NCBI GenBank assembly: GCA_039794085.1 | Contig: JBDIWC010000004.1 | Coordinates: forward strand, 64,095-128,094 | Source of the DNA: Gemmatimonadales bacterium | GTDB lineage: Bacteria; Gemmatimonadota; Gemmatimonadetes; Gemmatimonadales; GWC2-71-9 | Reading direction: 5' to 3' | DNA: 64,000 nucleotides | Shown: one piece after another, positions 1 through 10,017 of the stretch | Numbering within the stretch: the first letter of the stretch is position 1 | How the letters are laid out: the number at the start of each line of letters is the position of its first letter | The notes under the pieces: generated by a model | Told to the model about the DNA's origin: nothing | Database searches by the model: none | The model's input: only the letters and a program-made list of their open reading frames with translations | Made by a program: the position numbers and the translations under genes

Positions 1-2162
1 GGCTTGGTGACCCACCGCTCCACCCGCTGAAGCCCCGCGTTGTACGCGGCGAGGGCCCGGTACCGATCGGGCACCAGGGTGAGGACATCGCGCAGGTGGC
101 CCATGCCGAAGGCGAGGCTCACCTCGGGCTGATAGAGCATCACCACGTCCCATTCCCCGATGCCCCGTTCCCGGGCCAGGGTCCGGCCCAGCGCCGGCAT
201 GACCTGCATGAGCCCCCGGGCATCGGCCACCGACCGGGCGAGGGGATCAAAGGCCGATTCCTGCCGGATCAGAGCGGACACCAGAAAGGGGTCGACCTTC
301 GCGGCACGAGCTTCCCGTTCCAGCACGTCACGCCAGGGAAGCGGATACTGAAGAAGGGCAAGGGCCCGGGTGCGGGGTGCCCCACGGGCCACTGCCCGTT
401 GCGCCAGACGCGCGCCGATGGCGGGGAAACCGGCCTGGGCAAAGGAGCGCCCGGTCGAGAGGATCTCGGCCGCGGACGCACCGGCGTTTCGTTCCAGGGC
501 GGCTCGCTCGAATCCGGCCTCGGTCGTGAGTCCCACGGCGTCCAGTTGACGGGCCCGTTCGAGGATGCGGTCCGCTGCGGGGGAAGGATCGATGGGGGGG
601 CCCTCGGTCAGGCGCCAGGCCGGCTGTCCCAGTTCCTCCGCGGCCAGTCGAACGTAGAAGCTCCCGTCGGCGGGCGCGGCCAGAGTGCGCCAGAGGGCGC
701 GGGCTCCGGCGGTGTCTCCCAGGGCCATGCGGGACCGGCCGGCCCACCAGAACGCGGCGGCCCGTTCTCCGGTCCCCGGGCGCTCCGCCAGCGAGGCGAA
801 TTCGGTCGCCGCGCTCTGATGGTCCCCCGCCACGAAGGCGAGGAGCGCTGCACGGAAGTGTGCCTGGTCGGCAAAGCGACTGTCGGGATACTCCCGCCCC
901 ACCCGGAGAAAGAGCTCCCGGGCGCTGCTGTCTCGGCCAGCGTCCGTTTCCAGATCCGCCGTGAGGTAGATCGCGCTGGACGCCGCGTCCACGTCGGGGG
1001 GGAAATCGCGGATGACCTCCTGGAGGGCCTGACGAGCTCGGCCCGCCGCTCCGGCCCGGAGGATCGCTCGGCCTCTCTGGTACATCGCCCGGCCTCGATA
1101 CACCGAGTCCCGCACGAGCGCGAGCTGGGGGATTGCCCGCTCCTCACGTCCCAATCGGACCAGGAGGTTTCCGAAGGCGAACCGGTCGGCGTCAGTGAGG
1201 AGGCCGGCCGCCGCGGCCCGCTCATACCCGGCGGCGGCCCGTTCCCCCAGCCCGACCTCTCCCGCCCGCCGGGCAATGCGCAACTCCTCCGAGTGCGTCC
1301 GGGTGGGGAAAGCGAGGTCGAGCATCCCGATGGCGTCCCGGGCCTCGCTGACCGAACCATTGGGGGAGAGGATCGCCAGCAACTGCTGGCGGAGCGCGCC
1401 GCGGTCGGCCCCGGGGAGACGCAGACGGGCCTCGACCGCCCGGGTTACCGCTCCGAGTCGTTCGTACACCCGGGCGGCGCCCCCGAAATCCCTGGCACGA
1501 TTGCGGGCGAGGGCCTCGGTCCAGTCGATCCGTTCCCGGGCCGCCGGGAGGGTAACACCACGATAGAGGTCCGCTCGTTGCGCACTGTCGGAGAGTGTGC
1601 CCGCGGCCCGGAGCGCCAGCCACTCGGCGAGTGCCGGCAGGTGATCGCGCGCCGCAAGATAGTGCGTGGCCGCCGAGTCGTGCCGCTCGATGCGTTCGAG
1701 GGCGCGAGCGAGGAGAACCATCCGCTCCCCCCGCACTGTGCTGTCGGCGGCACGGAGGGCCCGCCGCGCCGCGGCCACTGCCACGCTGTCCCGACGCTCG
1801 GCGAGGGCGGCCCGGGCGAGAAGGGCGTGACCATGCCCGCCGAAATCAAGGTCCAGCCAGGAGGCGCCGGAGAGAATCTGCCGGACCCGTGACCACCCCT
1901 GCCACCCTGCCGCCGCCTGGGCCGCCAGCAGATCCGACGCGGGGGAGCCCGGAGTCCGAGCCCGTACGCTGTCGAGAAGGAGGGTGGCTCTCCACGCGAA
2001 TCCGGAATCGAGGAGAGCCCGGGCGCGCTGCAATCCCGGATCCAGGAAACCCACCCGCCCCGGCTCGATGGCCTGGGCGCAGAGCTGCTGGTCGTGTCCT
2101 TGGGCCGGAGAAACGACCAGGAGCACCAGAGGCAGCAGGGTGGAGAGGAGGAAACGCAGCAC
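1..2162 (-). CDS. Soluble lytic transglycosylase (Slt-like), 3' end beyond window
   Basis: Not in ORF track. Manual minus-strand translation gives ALIRQESAFDP..SVADARGLMQVMP and ALAAYNAG SLT motifs; GTG at 2162 is in the same frame and opens a signal-peptide-like LRFLLSTLLPLVLLVVSPAQG. Middle of frame not fully checked. Confidence 0.88.
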   Translation of the reverse strand, partial: MLRFLLSTLLPLVLLVVSPAQGHDQQLCAQAIEPGRVGFLDPGLQRARALLDSGFAWRATLLLDSVRARTPGSPASDLLAAQAAAGWQGWSRVRQILSGASWLDLDFGGHGHALLARAALAERRDSVAVAAARRALRAADSTVRGERMVLLARALERIERHDSAATHYLAARDHLPALAEWLALRAAGTLSDSAQRADLYRGVTLPAARERIDWTEALARNRARDFGGAARVYERLGAVTRAVEARLRLPGADRGALRQQLLAILSPNGSVSEARDAIGMLDLAFPTRTHSEELRIARRAGEVGLGERAAAGYERAAAAGLLTDADRFAFGNLLVRLGREERAIPQLALVRDSVYRGRAMYQRGRAILRAGAAGRARQALQEVIRDFPPDVDAASSAIYLTADLETDAGRDSSARELFLRVGREYPDSRFADQAHFRAALLAFVAGDHQSAATEFASLAERPGTGERAAAFWWAGRSRMALGDTAGARALWRTLAAPADGSFYVRLAAEELGQPAWRLTEGPPIDPSPAADRILERARQLDAVGLTTEAGFERAALERNAGASAAEILSTGRSFAQAGFPAIGARLAQRAVARGAPRTRALALLQYPLPWRDVLEREARAAKVDPFLVSALIRQESAFDPLARSVADARGLMQVMPALGRTLARERGIGEWDVVMLYQPEVSLAFGMGHLRDVLTLVPDRYRALAAYNAGLQRVERWVTK

Positions 2163-2288
2163 GAAACTCCCTGTGACGTGACGAGATGGTCAGCGGCAAC
2201 CTCAATCATAACCGGGAATCGAGGGGAGGGGGACAACGCCACACGGCCCGAAAGACCGGACCGTGTGGGGGAAGGGGCGAGCGGGGAT

Positions 2289-2486
2289 TCAGCGGGGAGG
2301 TTGCGCGGGTCTCCGTGTCAGGCGCGGGTGGGTGGGAGCCGAGGGACGACGGTCGAGCAACACGGTGCCTGCCCGCGGACCGGCCAGGACCGGCCCCTCG
2401 GGATGTCTGATAGTGCCGAGAGGGTGGCCGTTGTCTCCCACGACGGTGACGTGGGTGTGTTGTCGATCGTTCCTGAGCATGACCAT
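2289..2486 (-). CDS. Small hypothetical protein (65 aa)
   Basis: ATG at 2486 preceded by GGAGAG; no family recognised. Confidence 0.35.
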   Translation of the reverse strand: MVMLRNDRQHTHVTVVGDNGHPLGTIRHPEGPVLAGPRAGTVLLDRRPSAPTHPRLTRRPAQPPR

Positions 2487-2702
2487 CGGTGTTCTCTCCG
2501 TGCTCCTCCGTGCCGATGGCACGGAGGTGTTCGTCCCTGTCCTTCCTGAGATGCACGAAACGCGCAAACCGTTGCGAAGAACGAGCGAGAGGATCGAGCC
2601 GGGACCGGGCGAGCCGTGTCGGCTTGCGTTTCGTCCCGTCCTGCGCCAACATCCGGTCAGCGACCCCGTCCCCGGGGGACTTCTCCGTCACCAGGTGCCG
2701 TT

Positions 2703-3848
2703 GTGACCCGAAACTGCCATCCCACTGCCTCGATTCCCTCCCCCGGGCGGCCCCCCGCCCTCGTCACGGCTCTGGCGGGAGCAATTCTCCTTGTTTCCGG
2801 TGCCTGCACACCCTCTCGGCAACAGGTGGCCCCGGAGGTCACCTTCGCCGACACGCCCGACACCATCGACACCAAGTACTCGGCGGTACCCGAGGCCGCG
2901 TGGGTGGGCGGCCAGAGATGGGTCATTGTGTCACCGGAGTACGAGGAGGCCGTGCGCGTGGACTTCTCCAACCGCTCGGTCACCCCTCTCGGCACGCCCT
3001 CGGAGTACCGGAACCCGGCGGGTGTTTTTGCCGTGGGCGACACGGTGGTGCTGGCTGATTGGGGTCTCCAGAGGTTCACCGTGTGGGGACCGGGTGACGA
3101 GCTTCTGGCTGCGATCCCGGTTCCTGCGGAAACCCGCGGCGCGATGCCACGGGCCCGCGACGCAGCGGGACAATACTACTTCGAGCTCCGTCCCGCCCCC
3201 GGTCGTTCCGGGGAGGGAAACCTCGATTCCGCAGCCATCATCCGGTCTTCCCCCGATCTGGCTCGTTTCGACACGGTCGCCTGGCTGGCGCCGTTGGATG
3301 TGCAGCAGGTCCAGGGACAGGCGGGGGCGCGGTATGAGCGCATGGTCTTTTCCGGGGTGGATCGATGGGGGGTCCGGCCGGACGGATCACTGTGGATCGC
3401 GCGCATTCACTCGAACCGGATCGTCTGGCATGACCCCTCGGGTGACCGGAAGCGGGGGCCGGCCCTCCCTGACCCGGTGTGGGAGGTCACCGCCGCCGAC
3501 CGGGATTACTTCCTCCAGCAGTTCCCCGAGGAACTCCGGTCCACGGCGGATGCCCTCCCCTTTGCGCTCGTCAAGCCGCCCTTCGAACAGGCCCTCGCCG
3601 ATGCCGAAGGACTCATCTGGTTGCAGAAGAGTCGCCCGCTGCTCGACAGCCTGCGGCGCTTCCAGGTCGTGGGACGAGATGGCCGGGTGGACCGGGTCGT
3701 TCTCCTGCCCGGCAATGGCCATCTGGTGGCCCTGGGTGACACCCTGGCCCTGGTGGTCGAGCAGCATCTCGGGGGGCTGCGTCTTCTGCAGTTGCGGATC
3801 CCCGCCGTTCGACCTCCCGTTGATTCGGGAACGGGAGGCGGGTCCTGA
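2703..3848 (+). CDS. Lipoprotein, probable beta-propeller
   Basis: Hydrophobic stretch ending LVSGAC (lipobox); blade-like repeats (VGDTVVLAD, RPDGSLWIA, DAEGLIWLQ); start uncertain. Confidence 0.7.
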   Translation: MTRNCHPTASIPSPGRPPALVTALAGAILLVSGACTPSRQQVAPEVTFADTPDTIDTKYSAVPEAAWVGGQRWVIVSPEYEEAVRVDFSNRSVTPLGTPSEYRNPAGVFAVGDTVVLADWGLQRFTVWGPGDELLAAIPVPAETRGAMPRARDAAGQYYFELRPAPGRSGEGNLDSAAIIRSSPDLARFDTVAWLAPLDVQQVQGQAGARYERMVFSGVDRWGVRPDGSLWIARIHSNRIVWHDPSGDRKRGPALPDPVWEVTAADRDYFLQQFPEELRSTADALPFALVKPPFEQALADAEGLIWLQKSRPLLDSLRRFQVVGRDGRVDRVVLLPGNGHLVALGDTLALVVEQHLGGLRLLQLRIPAVRPPVDSGTGGGS

Positions 3849-3910
3849 TTGGCCGTCGTTTCCTTTGAGTCCCTCGGACCGTGCCCTCGGAATGAGCGTC
3901 TGCCCGGCTT

Positions 3911-3945
3911 GGTCCTCTGTCCTGCGTCCTCAGCCCTCTGTCCTC
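3911..3945. repeat. Degenerate heptamer array (NGTCCTS) x5
   Basis: ggtcctc tgtcctg cgtcctc agccctc tgtcctc; overlaps the stop codon at 3930. Confidence 0.65.
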
Positions 3946-4679
3946 TGTTCTTCTCCTGAAGTGTGCTTTTCCCCAGGGCCCGCCTCGGCCTCCAGGGGGG
4001 GCGTCGGCTTGGCCGATTGCGGCGACACCTGGCTGTTCTCGTACCACCGCCGCGTGACTTCGCCCGCCAGATCCCGGTTTCCCAGCCCGAAGGCCAGCCC
4101 GGCGGCGAGGGCCACCGCGCCCAGGATCAGCGTGAACGCCGAGGTGACGATTTCCTCCGCCACGCCGAGTTGCTGCAGGGCCATGAAGATTGCAATCGTC
4201 ACCACCGCGATCTTGGCCACCTTGGCCAGCAACGGTACACCCTCCACCGATCCGGCCGAGGCCAGGATGAGTCCGCGGAGAAACTCGCCCACGATCATCC
4301 CCAGGATCACGATCACCACGGCGGCGATCAAGGTCGGGATGTAGGTGAGAATGATCCCGAACATCTCGTTGATGCTCTCCAACCCCAGCGCCGTGCTGGA
4401 AAGGAGAATCACCATCAGCATGACGAGCCAGAACAGGAGGGTGCCGATGGCATGCGCGGGATCGAGGCGCGATCCGGTGCGTCCCACGGCGTCGGACAGC
4501 CCCCCGGCTTCCGCCACCCGGTTGAAGTTGAGCTTCCGGAGCACCTGGTTGGCCCAGCGCTCAATCTGGCGCGCCAGGAAGTATCCGGTGAGCAGGATGG
4601 CCGCCGAGCCGAGGAGGGCGGGGAGGAGGACACCGAGTTGGCCCGCGCCGTCCTGCAGGCGGGCAACGAGTTCGTTCAT
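3930..4679 (-). CDS. CmpX-like / MscS-associated TM-helix repeat membrane protein
   Basis: Multiple TM helices; YIPTLIAAVVIVILG and LAAGLAFGLGNRDLA motifs. Confidence 0.8.
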   Translation of the reverse strand: MNELVARLQDGAGQLGVLLPALLGSAAILLTGYFLARQIERWANQVLRKLNFNRVAEAGGLSDAVGRTGSRLDPAHAIGTLLFWLVMLMVILLSSTALGLESINEMFGIILTYIPTLIAAVVIVILGMIVGEFLRGLILASAGSVEGVPLLAKVAKIAVVTIAIFMALQQLGVAEEIVTSAFTLILGAVALAAGLAFGLGNRDLAGEVTRRWYENSQVSPQSAKPTPPLEAEAGPGEKHTSGEEQRTEG

Positions 4680-5710
4680 GTTCTCACCTCGATGACGAGT
4701 TTGCCGAACTGGCCACCCGCGGCCAATCGCTCAAATGCCATCCGTGCGTCCCCCAGGGGGTAGACCCGGTCGACGGGCGGGTGGAGATGTCCGTGTTCAG
4801 CCAGGCGTATCACCTCGCGGAACTCCCGATGGTTTCCCATCGTCGAGCCGAGAAGGGACCACTGGAACCAGAAGAGCTTGCGAATGTCCAGCGAGACCTT
4901 CGGGCCCGTGGTGGCCCCGCAGGTCACCAATCGCCCCATCGGTCGGAGCGCCTTCAGGGAGTGAGCCCAGGTGGATTCGCCCACACTGTCGACCACCACG
5001 TCAGCCCCTGTCTCCGTTTCCTCCCGCACCCTGCGTGCCACGTCGTCCGTGGTGTGGTCCAGAACGATGTCGGCTCCGAGGTGGAGAGCGGCGTCTCGCT
5101 TGTGAGCCGAGGAACTCGTGGCGATGACGCGAGCCCCCGCCAATTTCGCAATTTGCAGGGCCGCAAGGGAGACGCCGCCGCCAATCCCCCAGATCAGGAC
5201 CGTTTCGCCGACCCCCACCCGGGCTCGGGTCATGAGCATCCGCCATGCCGTGAGTGTGGCGAGGGGAAGCGCCGCGGCCTGTGCCGTGGAGAGACTCGGA
5301 CCGATCGACCGGACATTCGCCTCGGGAACCACGACATACTCCGCCATGGTTCCCTCCCGATGCTCGCCCAGGATCTGGTAGGAGCGGCAGAGAGGACCTT
5401 CGTCGGCCCGGCACTGGTCACAGGTTCCACAGGAGATTCCCGGGTTCACGACGACCCGGTCCCCCTCACGGACGGTGGTGACGCCACTCCCCGTGGATTC
5501 CACCACTCCCGTCGCGTCGGCCCCGAGAACGTGGGGGAAGGCGTACTCGGCCCGGGGCAGGCCACCGATGACGAAAAGGTCGATTCGATTGAGCGCTGCG
5601 GCCTGGATCCGGACCCGTACATCGTTGGGACGCTGGAGGTTGGGGAGTGGAACCTCCCGGATTTCAACCCGGTCCAGCCCCCCAAAACCCGTCATGGTGA
5701 CCGCCTGCAT
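4676..5710 (-). CDS. Zinc-binding MDR alcohol dehydrogenase / quinone oxidoreductase
   Basis: MQAVTMTGFGG start; CGTCDQC..C structural Zn site; GIGGGV; GRLVTCGATTG; GKLVI C-terminus. The ORF-track start at 7336 is a spurious extension. Confidence 0.92.
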   Translation of the reverse strand: MQAVTMTGFGGLDRVEIREVPLPNLQRPNDVRVRIQAAALNRIDLFVIGGLPRAEYAFPHVLGADATGVVESTGSGVTTVREGDRVVVNPGISCGTCDQCRADEGPLCRSYQILGEHREGTMAEYVVVPEANVRSIGPSLSTAQAAALPLATLTAWRMLMTRARVGVGETVLIWGIGGGVSLAALQIAKLAGARVIATSSSAHKRDAALHLGADIVLDHTTDDVARRVREETETGADVVVDSVGESTWAHSLKALRPMGRLVTCGATTGPKVSLDIRKLFWFQWSLLGSTMGNHREFREVIRLAEHGHLHPPVDRVYPLGDARMAFERLAAGGQFGKLVIEVRT

Positions 5711-5869
5711 CGACGCCATCCGGCACCTCAGCTTTGACCGAAATGGAAGAACCGCTTGCACAAGTGACTCCAGAATGCAAGATATAAGGGATCCCCACAC
5801 GAAGGCGCCTGGGGCGCCCTCACCATCGCGGCTGGATTCGCCGCGTCTCGCCCGTACGGAGGAGCTAGC

Positions 5870-6319
5870 ATGGCTGAGTTCCGCGATCTCGAGATGGGTT
5901 GGTCTGGAGCAGGTTGGATGGAGCCGATCCCGTCGGCATCCCCGGTCCCCCCGGCCCCCCCGCCACCTCCCGCGTCGTCGCCGCCCCCGCCGAAGGCCCC
6001 GGACGCCCCCGAGGCCAAGCCTGTGGCACCTCGACCCGCTGTGAGCGAGACCCCCCCGCCGAAAAAGGTGGCCCGGACTGCCGGGAAGGCGGCGAAGAAA
6101 ACCGCGAAAAAAGCGGCCAGCGGGGTGGCCAAGGCAAAGAAAGTCGTTCGGAAGGCCGCCAAGAAGGTGGTGAAGAAGGCGGCACGGAAGGCCACCAAGG
6201 CGAAGAAGGTTGTGAAGAAGACCGCGAAGAGGGCCGTGAAGAAGGCGGCCAAGGCGAAGAAAGTGGTCCGGAAGGCCGCCACGAAGGCCGCTCGGAAGAA
6301 ACCCGCGCAGAAGAAGTAG
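5870..6319 (+). CDS. Histone H1-like Lys/Ala-rich protein
   Basis: GGAGGAG RBS; Pro-rich linker, then repeated AKKVV(R/K)K(A/T)A units. Confidence 0.8.
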   Translation: MAEFRDLEMGWSGAGWMEPIPSASPVPPAPPPPPASSPPPPKAPDAPEAKPVAPRPAVSETPPPKKVARTAGKAAKKTAKKAASGVAKAKKVVRKAAKKVVKKAARKATKAKKVVKKTAKRAVKKAAKAKKVVRKAATKAARKKPAQKK

Positions 6320-6400
6320 CGAACCGGGCGAACCCCTCCCCCCCCCCGGCCATCCGCCGCGGGTTGGGGAGGAGGGGGCACGGCTCGTTTTCGATTCCTT

Positions 6401-7306
6401 ATGCCTCTCGATGTTTGCCGCAGCCTCACCAAGGCACTGTGTCTCCTCCCCTCCCGGCCGGGTTTGCTTGTGGCCCGGTCGGTCGGCGGGGGCGTATGCG
6501 GTCGCGATCTGGTCGGCGAGACCCGCCGAGAGATTGAACGCCTCCAGTCCGGTTTCCGCCCCGATGGCAGCGTGGAACGGGATCTCCTCGCCACCACGCG
6601 AGGGGTTCAGGAACTCCTCGACCTCGGCGTTCCCACCGGCGATCCCACGGTGCGGCATGGGGTGCGGTGGCTCTGCGAGCAACAAGGGTCCGAGGGGGCC
6701 TTTGGACAAGGGTGCACCGCGGAGCGTCACCGGCACCACTCCTGTGAGCACTTCGTGGCGTCTTTCTTCAGCCCGGCTCGATCCACCATTCGCATCACGC
6801 CGCTGACCCTTCCGTGGGGACGCACGATGAGGTCCGAGACCGCGGCACGGTTTGCGCTGAGTTGTTTCGCTCTTCAGGTGGTGCTGCGAACCGGGGCCTG
6901 GAATCGTTCGGTCGAGCGCCATCTGGACAGCCTGCCGGCGCTGGAACGGGAATGGGAGCGCTGGTCGGGGTTTCTCCCACCCGATCTGGCGTTCTCCTCC
7001 CTGGGATGCCTGGCGCTTTCTCCGGCGCATCGTCCGCACACCGATGCCCTTCTCGAGACAATCGCCCGGCGGCAACAGATGGACGGCGGTTGGCCCGAGG
7101 TGGATCCGTTTCATGCCCTGGTGGGACTCCTGCCCTGCCGGGAGCACCCGGTGGCCATGAGGTGCCTGGAGGCCTTGGCGCCGCTCGTCGGGGATCAGGT
7201 GCGGCCCGATGGCCTCGTGGGTGGTGCGGCCAGCCTCGAGCGTTCCTGGCTTGTCTGGGACGCATGGTGCCGACCGCGGGGGAGTGCCCCGACCGGCGGA
7301 GCCTGA
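6401..7306 (+). CDS. Hypothetical protein with prenyltransferase/squalene-cyclase-like repeats
   Basis: QxxDGxW-like motifs (FRPDGSV, QQGSEGAF, QQMDGGW, QVRPDGLV). Confidence 0.6.
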   Translation: MPLDVCRSLTKALCLLPSRPGLLVARSVGGGVCGRDLVGETRREIERLQSGFRPDGSVERDLLATTRGVQELLDLGVPTGDPTVRHGVRWLCEQQGSEGAFGQGCTAERHRHHSCEHFVASFFSPARSTIRITPLTLPWGRTMRSETAARFALSCFALQVVLRTGAWNRSVERHLDSLPALEREWERWSGFLPPDLAFSSLGCLALSPAHRPHTDALLETIARRQQMDGGWPEVDPFHALVGLLPCREHPVAMRCLEALAPLVGDQVRPDGLVGGAASLERSWLVWDAWCRPRGSAPTGGA

Positions 7307-7310
7307 CCTC

Positions 7311-8036
7311 TCACATCCCGGCGACGGCCCGGACAATCCACCAGACGCCGATCAGAATCCCGGTACCCCCGATCGCCTGACTCACCCGACGGCCCAGAGA
7401 GAGGGAATGGGCTCCCGCTCTCCGGATGGCCACGGCGGCCGCGAAGGCGTACAGCGTCATCGCAACCACCACTCCGACCGAGAAGGCGAGGAGGAACCCG
7501 ATGCCGACCCATGGCGATTCGATCAGGGTTACCGGAATGAGTGCGATCGCCCCCGTGGTGCCCGCCAGGCCGTGAAGGAGCCCGACGAGAGTCGTGGCAT
7601 GGCGATGGGGCTGGACGGAGGGACCGTTCCCGGAGGGAGACGGGTTCGGGGTGGCGTGCCGGTGCTCATGCCGCTCGTCGCCGTCGTGATGCACGTGCAG
7701 ATGCGCATGGTTCCCATGTTCCGCGGGGCGGTGCAGATGTAAGTTCCGGGTCGCGCGGATGGCCCAGACCCCGACGAGGATCAACATCACCCCGACCAGG
7801 GCCTCGCCGACAGCGTCCCACTCCGGCGGCCAGCGGAGACCGGTGGCGAGGAGGATCCCCCCGGCCGTGAGGACGGCCAGGGAATGGCCGATGCCCCAGC
7901 GCGCGCCGAATCGAAGAGCGGTTCCCAGGGCCGGCCGGGTGGCCACGAAGGTGGTCACGGCGATCATATGGTCCACCTCCAATGCGTGGAGGAAACCCAG
8001 GATGCCGGCGGTTCCAAGGGAGAGCCAGAGCGTCAT
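7311..8036 (-). CDS. UreH/HoxN-like (DsbD_2) nickel/cobalt transporter-like membrane protein
   Basis: GFLHALEVDH, WGIGHS, His-rich loop, GLLHGLAG. Confidence 0.82.
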   Translation of the reverse strand: MTLWLSLGTAGILGFLHALEVDHMIAVTTFVATRPALGTALRFGARWGIGHSLAVLTAGGILLATGLRWPPEWDAVGEALVGVMLILVGVWAIRATRNLHLHRPAEHGNHAHLHVHHDGDERHEHRHATPNPSPSGNGPSVQPHRHATTLVGLLHGLAGTTGAIALIPVTLIESPWVGIGFLLAFSVGVVVAMTLYAFAAAVAIRRAGAHSLSLGRRVSQAIGGTGILIGVWWIVRAVAGM

Positions 8037-8062
8037 ACCCGTTGTCTCGGTGGAGGAATGCG

Positions 8063-9127
8063 ATGCCCAAGCCCGTTGATCAGAGTACCCGCATTCGCCT
8101 GACGTCGTTTTCCCACGGCGCCGGTTGAGCCTGCAAGCTCGGCCAGTCCGAACTGGCGCAGGTCCTGCGCCATCTCCCCCCGCTCGATCATCCCGCCTTG
8201 CTGGTGGACGCCGCGTCGCACGATGATGCTGCCGTCTACCGGTTGTCGGATGATCGCGCTCTGGTGGCCACGGTCGACTTCTTCACCCCGATCGTGGATG
8301 ACGCCCGGACCTGGGGAGCCATTGCCGCCGCCAACGCTCTGAGCGACATCTACGCCATGGGGGCAACGCCTCTCTTCGCCCTGAATCTGGTGGGGTGGCC
8401 ACGGGACACCCTTCCCTTCGACCTGCTGGGCGAGGTGATCGCCGGCGCCTCCGAGGTGGCTCGCCAGGCCGGCTGTCTCCTCGTCGGGGGGCACTCGGTG
8501 GATGACGCGGAGCCGAAGTTTGGCATGGCGGTCGTCGGAGAGGCCCACCCCGATCGGTTGCTCACCAACCGCGGGGCCCGTCCCGGGGATGTCCTGGTTC
8601 TGACCAAGCCGCTGGGCACCGGTGTGCTCACCACGGCACACAAGCGGGATCTGATCCGGCACGCCGACCTGGCCACGGCGATCGCCTCGATGATCGCACT
8701 GAACGACACGGCGGCCCGGGTGGCGCTGGCTTACGGGGCCCGGGCCGCCACCGACATCACCGGGTTTGGCCTGCTCGGTCACCTGGGGAACATCCTGACC
8801 GGGAGTGGCGTCGGCGCCGACCTCGCGATCGAGGCGTTGCCGGTGCTGCCGGGTGTGATGGACCTGGTGGAACAGGGTGTGGTGCCGGGGGGGACGCGTC
8901 GCAATCGCGAGGCGGCCACGGGCGTCCGGTGGGACGCCGACATCACCGAGGCCGAGCAGATCCTCTGTGCCGATGCCCAGACGTCGGGAGGGCTTCTCAT
9001 GGCGTTCCCTCCCGAACGGGTGGCCTCCGCCCTCGCGGCGCTGGACGACGAAGGGACAATCGCGAAGGCGGTGATCGGACGCTGCACCGCCGAGGTGGGA
9101 ATCGTACAGGTTCGGCGCACGCTGTAA
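8063..9127 (+). CDS. selD: Selenide, water dikinase, selenocysteine-containing (UGA at codon 22)
   Basis: GGAGG RBS, ATG 8063; RLTSFSHGAG-TGA-ACKLG in frame with DDAAVY, TVDFFTPIVDD, NALSDIYAMG, GGHS, TDITGFGLLGH, DAQTSGGLL. Confidence 0.93.
8130..8162 (+). promoter_or_regulatory. Bacterial SECIS-like hairpin
   Basis: Directly after TGA 8126-8128: CCTGC/GCAGG lower stem, GCCAGT-CCGA-ACTGGC upper stem-loop. Confidence 0.72.
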
Positions 9128-9138
9128 AGGGGGATGGA

Positions 9139-9354
9139 ATGCGGTGGACACCGGCGGCCATGGACCGCCTGGAGCGAGCCGCCCGGCTCGGAAAGCGCGT
9201 CTCGCTGTCGCGCCGGGGCACCGAGTTCGTGGCGATCGCCCGGGCCATCCGCCTGCGCAGCCGGGGGGAGGAACTGGTGGTGGTCCTCCCGATGACCGGA
9301 GAGGAACTGACGTTTGCTCTTGAGGAGATTGATGATTTCACCGTGGTGGATTGA
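9139..9354 (+). CDS. Small hypothetical protein (71 aa)
   Basis: Fills the gap between selD and rnhA; purine-rich RBS; globular-looking sequence. Confidence 0.7.
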   Translation: MRWTPAAMDRLERAARLGKRVSLSRRGTEFVAIARAIRLRSRGEELVVVLPMTGEELTFALEEIDDFTVVD

Positions 9355-9369
9355 CCGGGAGGGCGTGTC

Positions 9370-10017
9370 GTGACTCCCTCCGACCCCGTGGCCATTCTGC
9401 ATCTCGACGAGAGCTGCCTCGGGAACGGACGGGAGGGAAAGACTCCGGGAGGAGCGGGGGGACTGGTCGAGATCCACCATGGAGGATCCCTCGTCCGGCG
9501 CGATTTTTTCCTGCATGCTCCGGACACGACCAACAACCGGATGGCTCTGGCCGGCGCGATCGCCGCCCTGCAACTCCTCGGAGGAAAGGGGCGCCGTCTG
9601 CGGGCTCTGATCGTCTCCGATTCGGAATACCTGGTCCGGGGGATGCGCGAATGGGTGCCGGGCTGGGTCAGCCGAGGATGGCGCCGGAAGGCCGGTCCGA
9701 TCGAGAACCTGGAACTCTGGCAGGTCCTCGTGGCCACCGCCAAGCTGCATGACGTGTCCTTCTCCTGGGTTCGGGGCCACGCCGGTCACCCCAAGAATGA
9801 ATACGCCAACGACCTGGCCGTGGCGGCTGCCCGGGAACAGCGAACCTCGGACGGGCTGGTCGACTCGGGGTTTGCGGAGTGGCTTGCGGGCCAGAGAGAA
9901 AGAGGGAAATACCGGGACATCGACCCCGACCGGAGCTTCACGCTTCTGGAGGCCCGGCTCCAGGGGGGAGATCCGATCCCGCTCGCCTTGGAGGAGTCGG
10001 ATGCCGGAGCGCACTGA
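9370..10017 (+). CDS. rnhA: Ribonuclease HI
   Basis: DESCLGN, TTNNRMAL, SDSEYLV, WVRGHAGHPKNEYANDLA. Confidence 0.92.
   Translation: MTPSDPVAILHLDESCLGNGREGKTPGGAGGLVEIHHGGSLVRRDFFLHAPDTTNNRMALAGAIAALQLLGGKGRRLRALIVSDSEYLVRGMREWVPGWVSRGWRRKAGPIENLELWQVLVATAKLHDVSFSWVRGHAGHPKNEYANDLAVAAAREQRTSDGLVDSGFAEWLAGQRERGKYRDIDPDRSFTLLEARLQGGDPIPLALEESDAGAH

Noticed and set aside
96..1892. 598-aa plus-strand ORF
   Set aside because: Antisense shadow of the lytic transglycosylase; no motifs.
5720..7336. N-terminal extension making an 886-aa dehydrogenase
   Set aside because: Antisense to the H1-like gene and the 6401-7306 gene; the dehydrogenase starts at 5710 or 5719.
8126..8128. selD as a nonsense pseudogene
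   Set aside because: TGA sits exactly at the catalytic Cys/Sec position, a hairpin follows, and the rest of the gene is intact.
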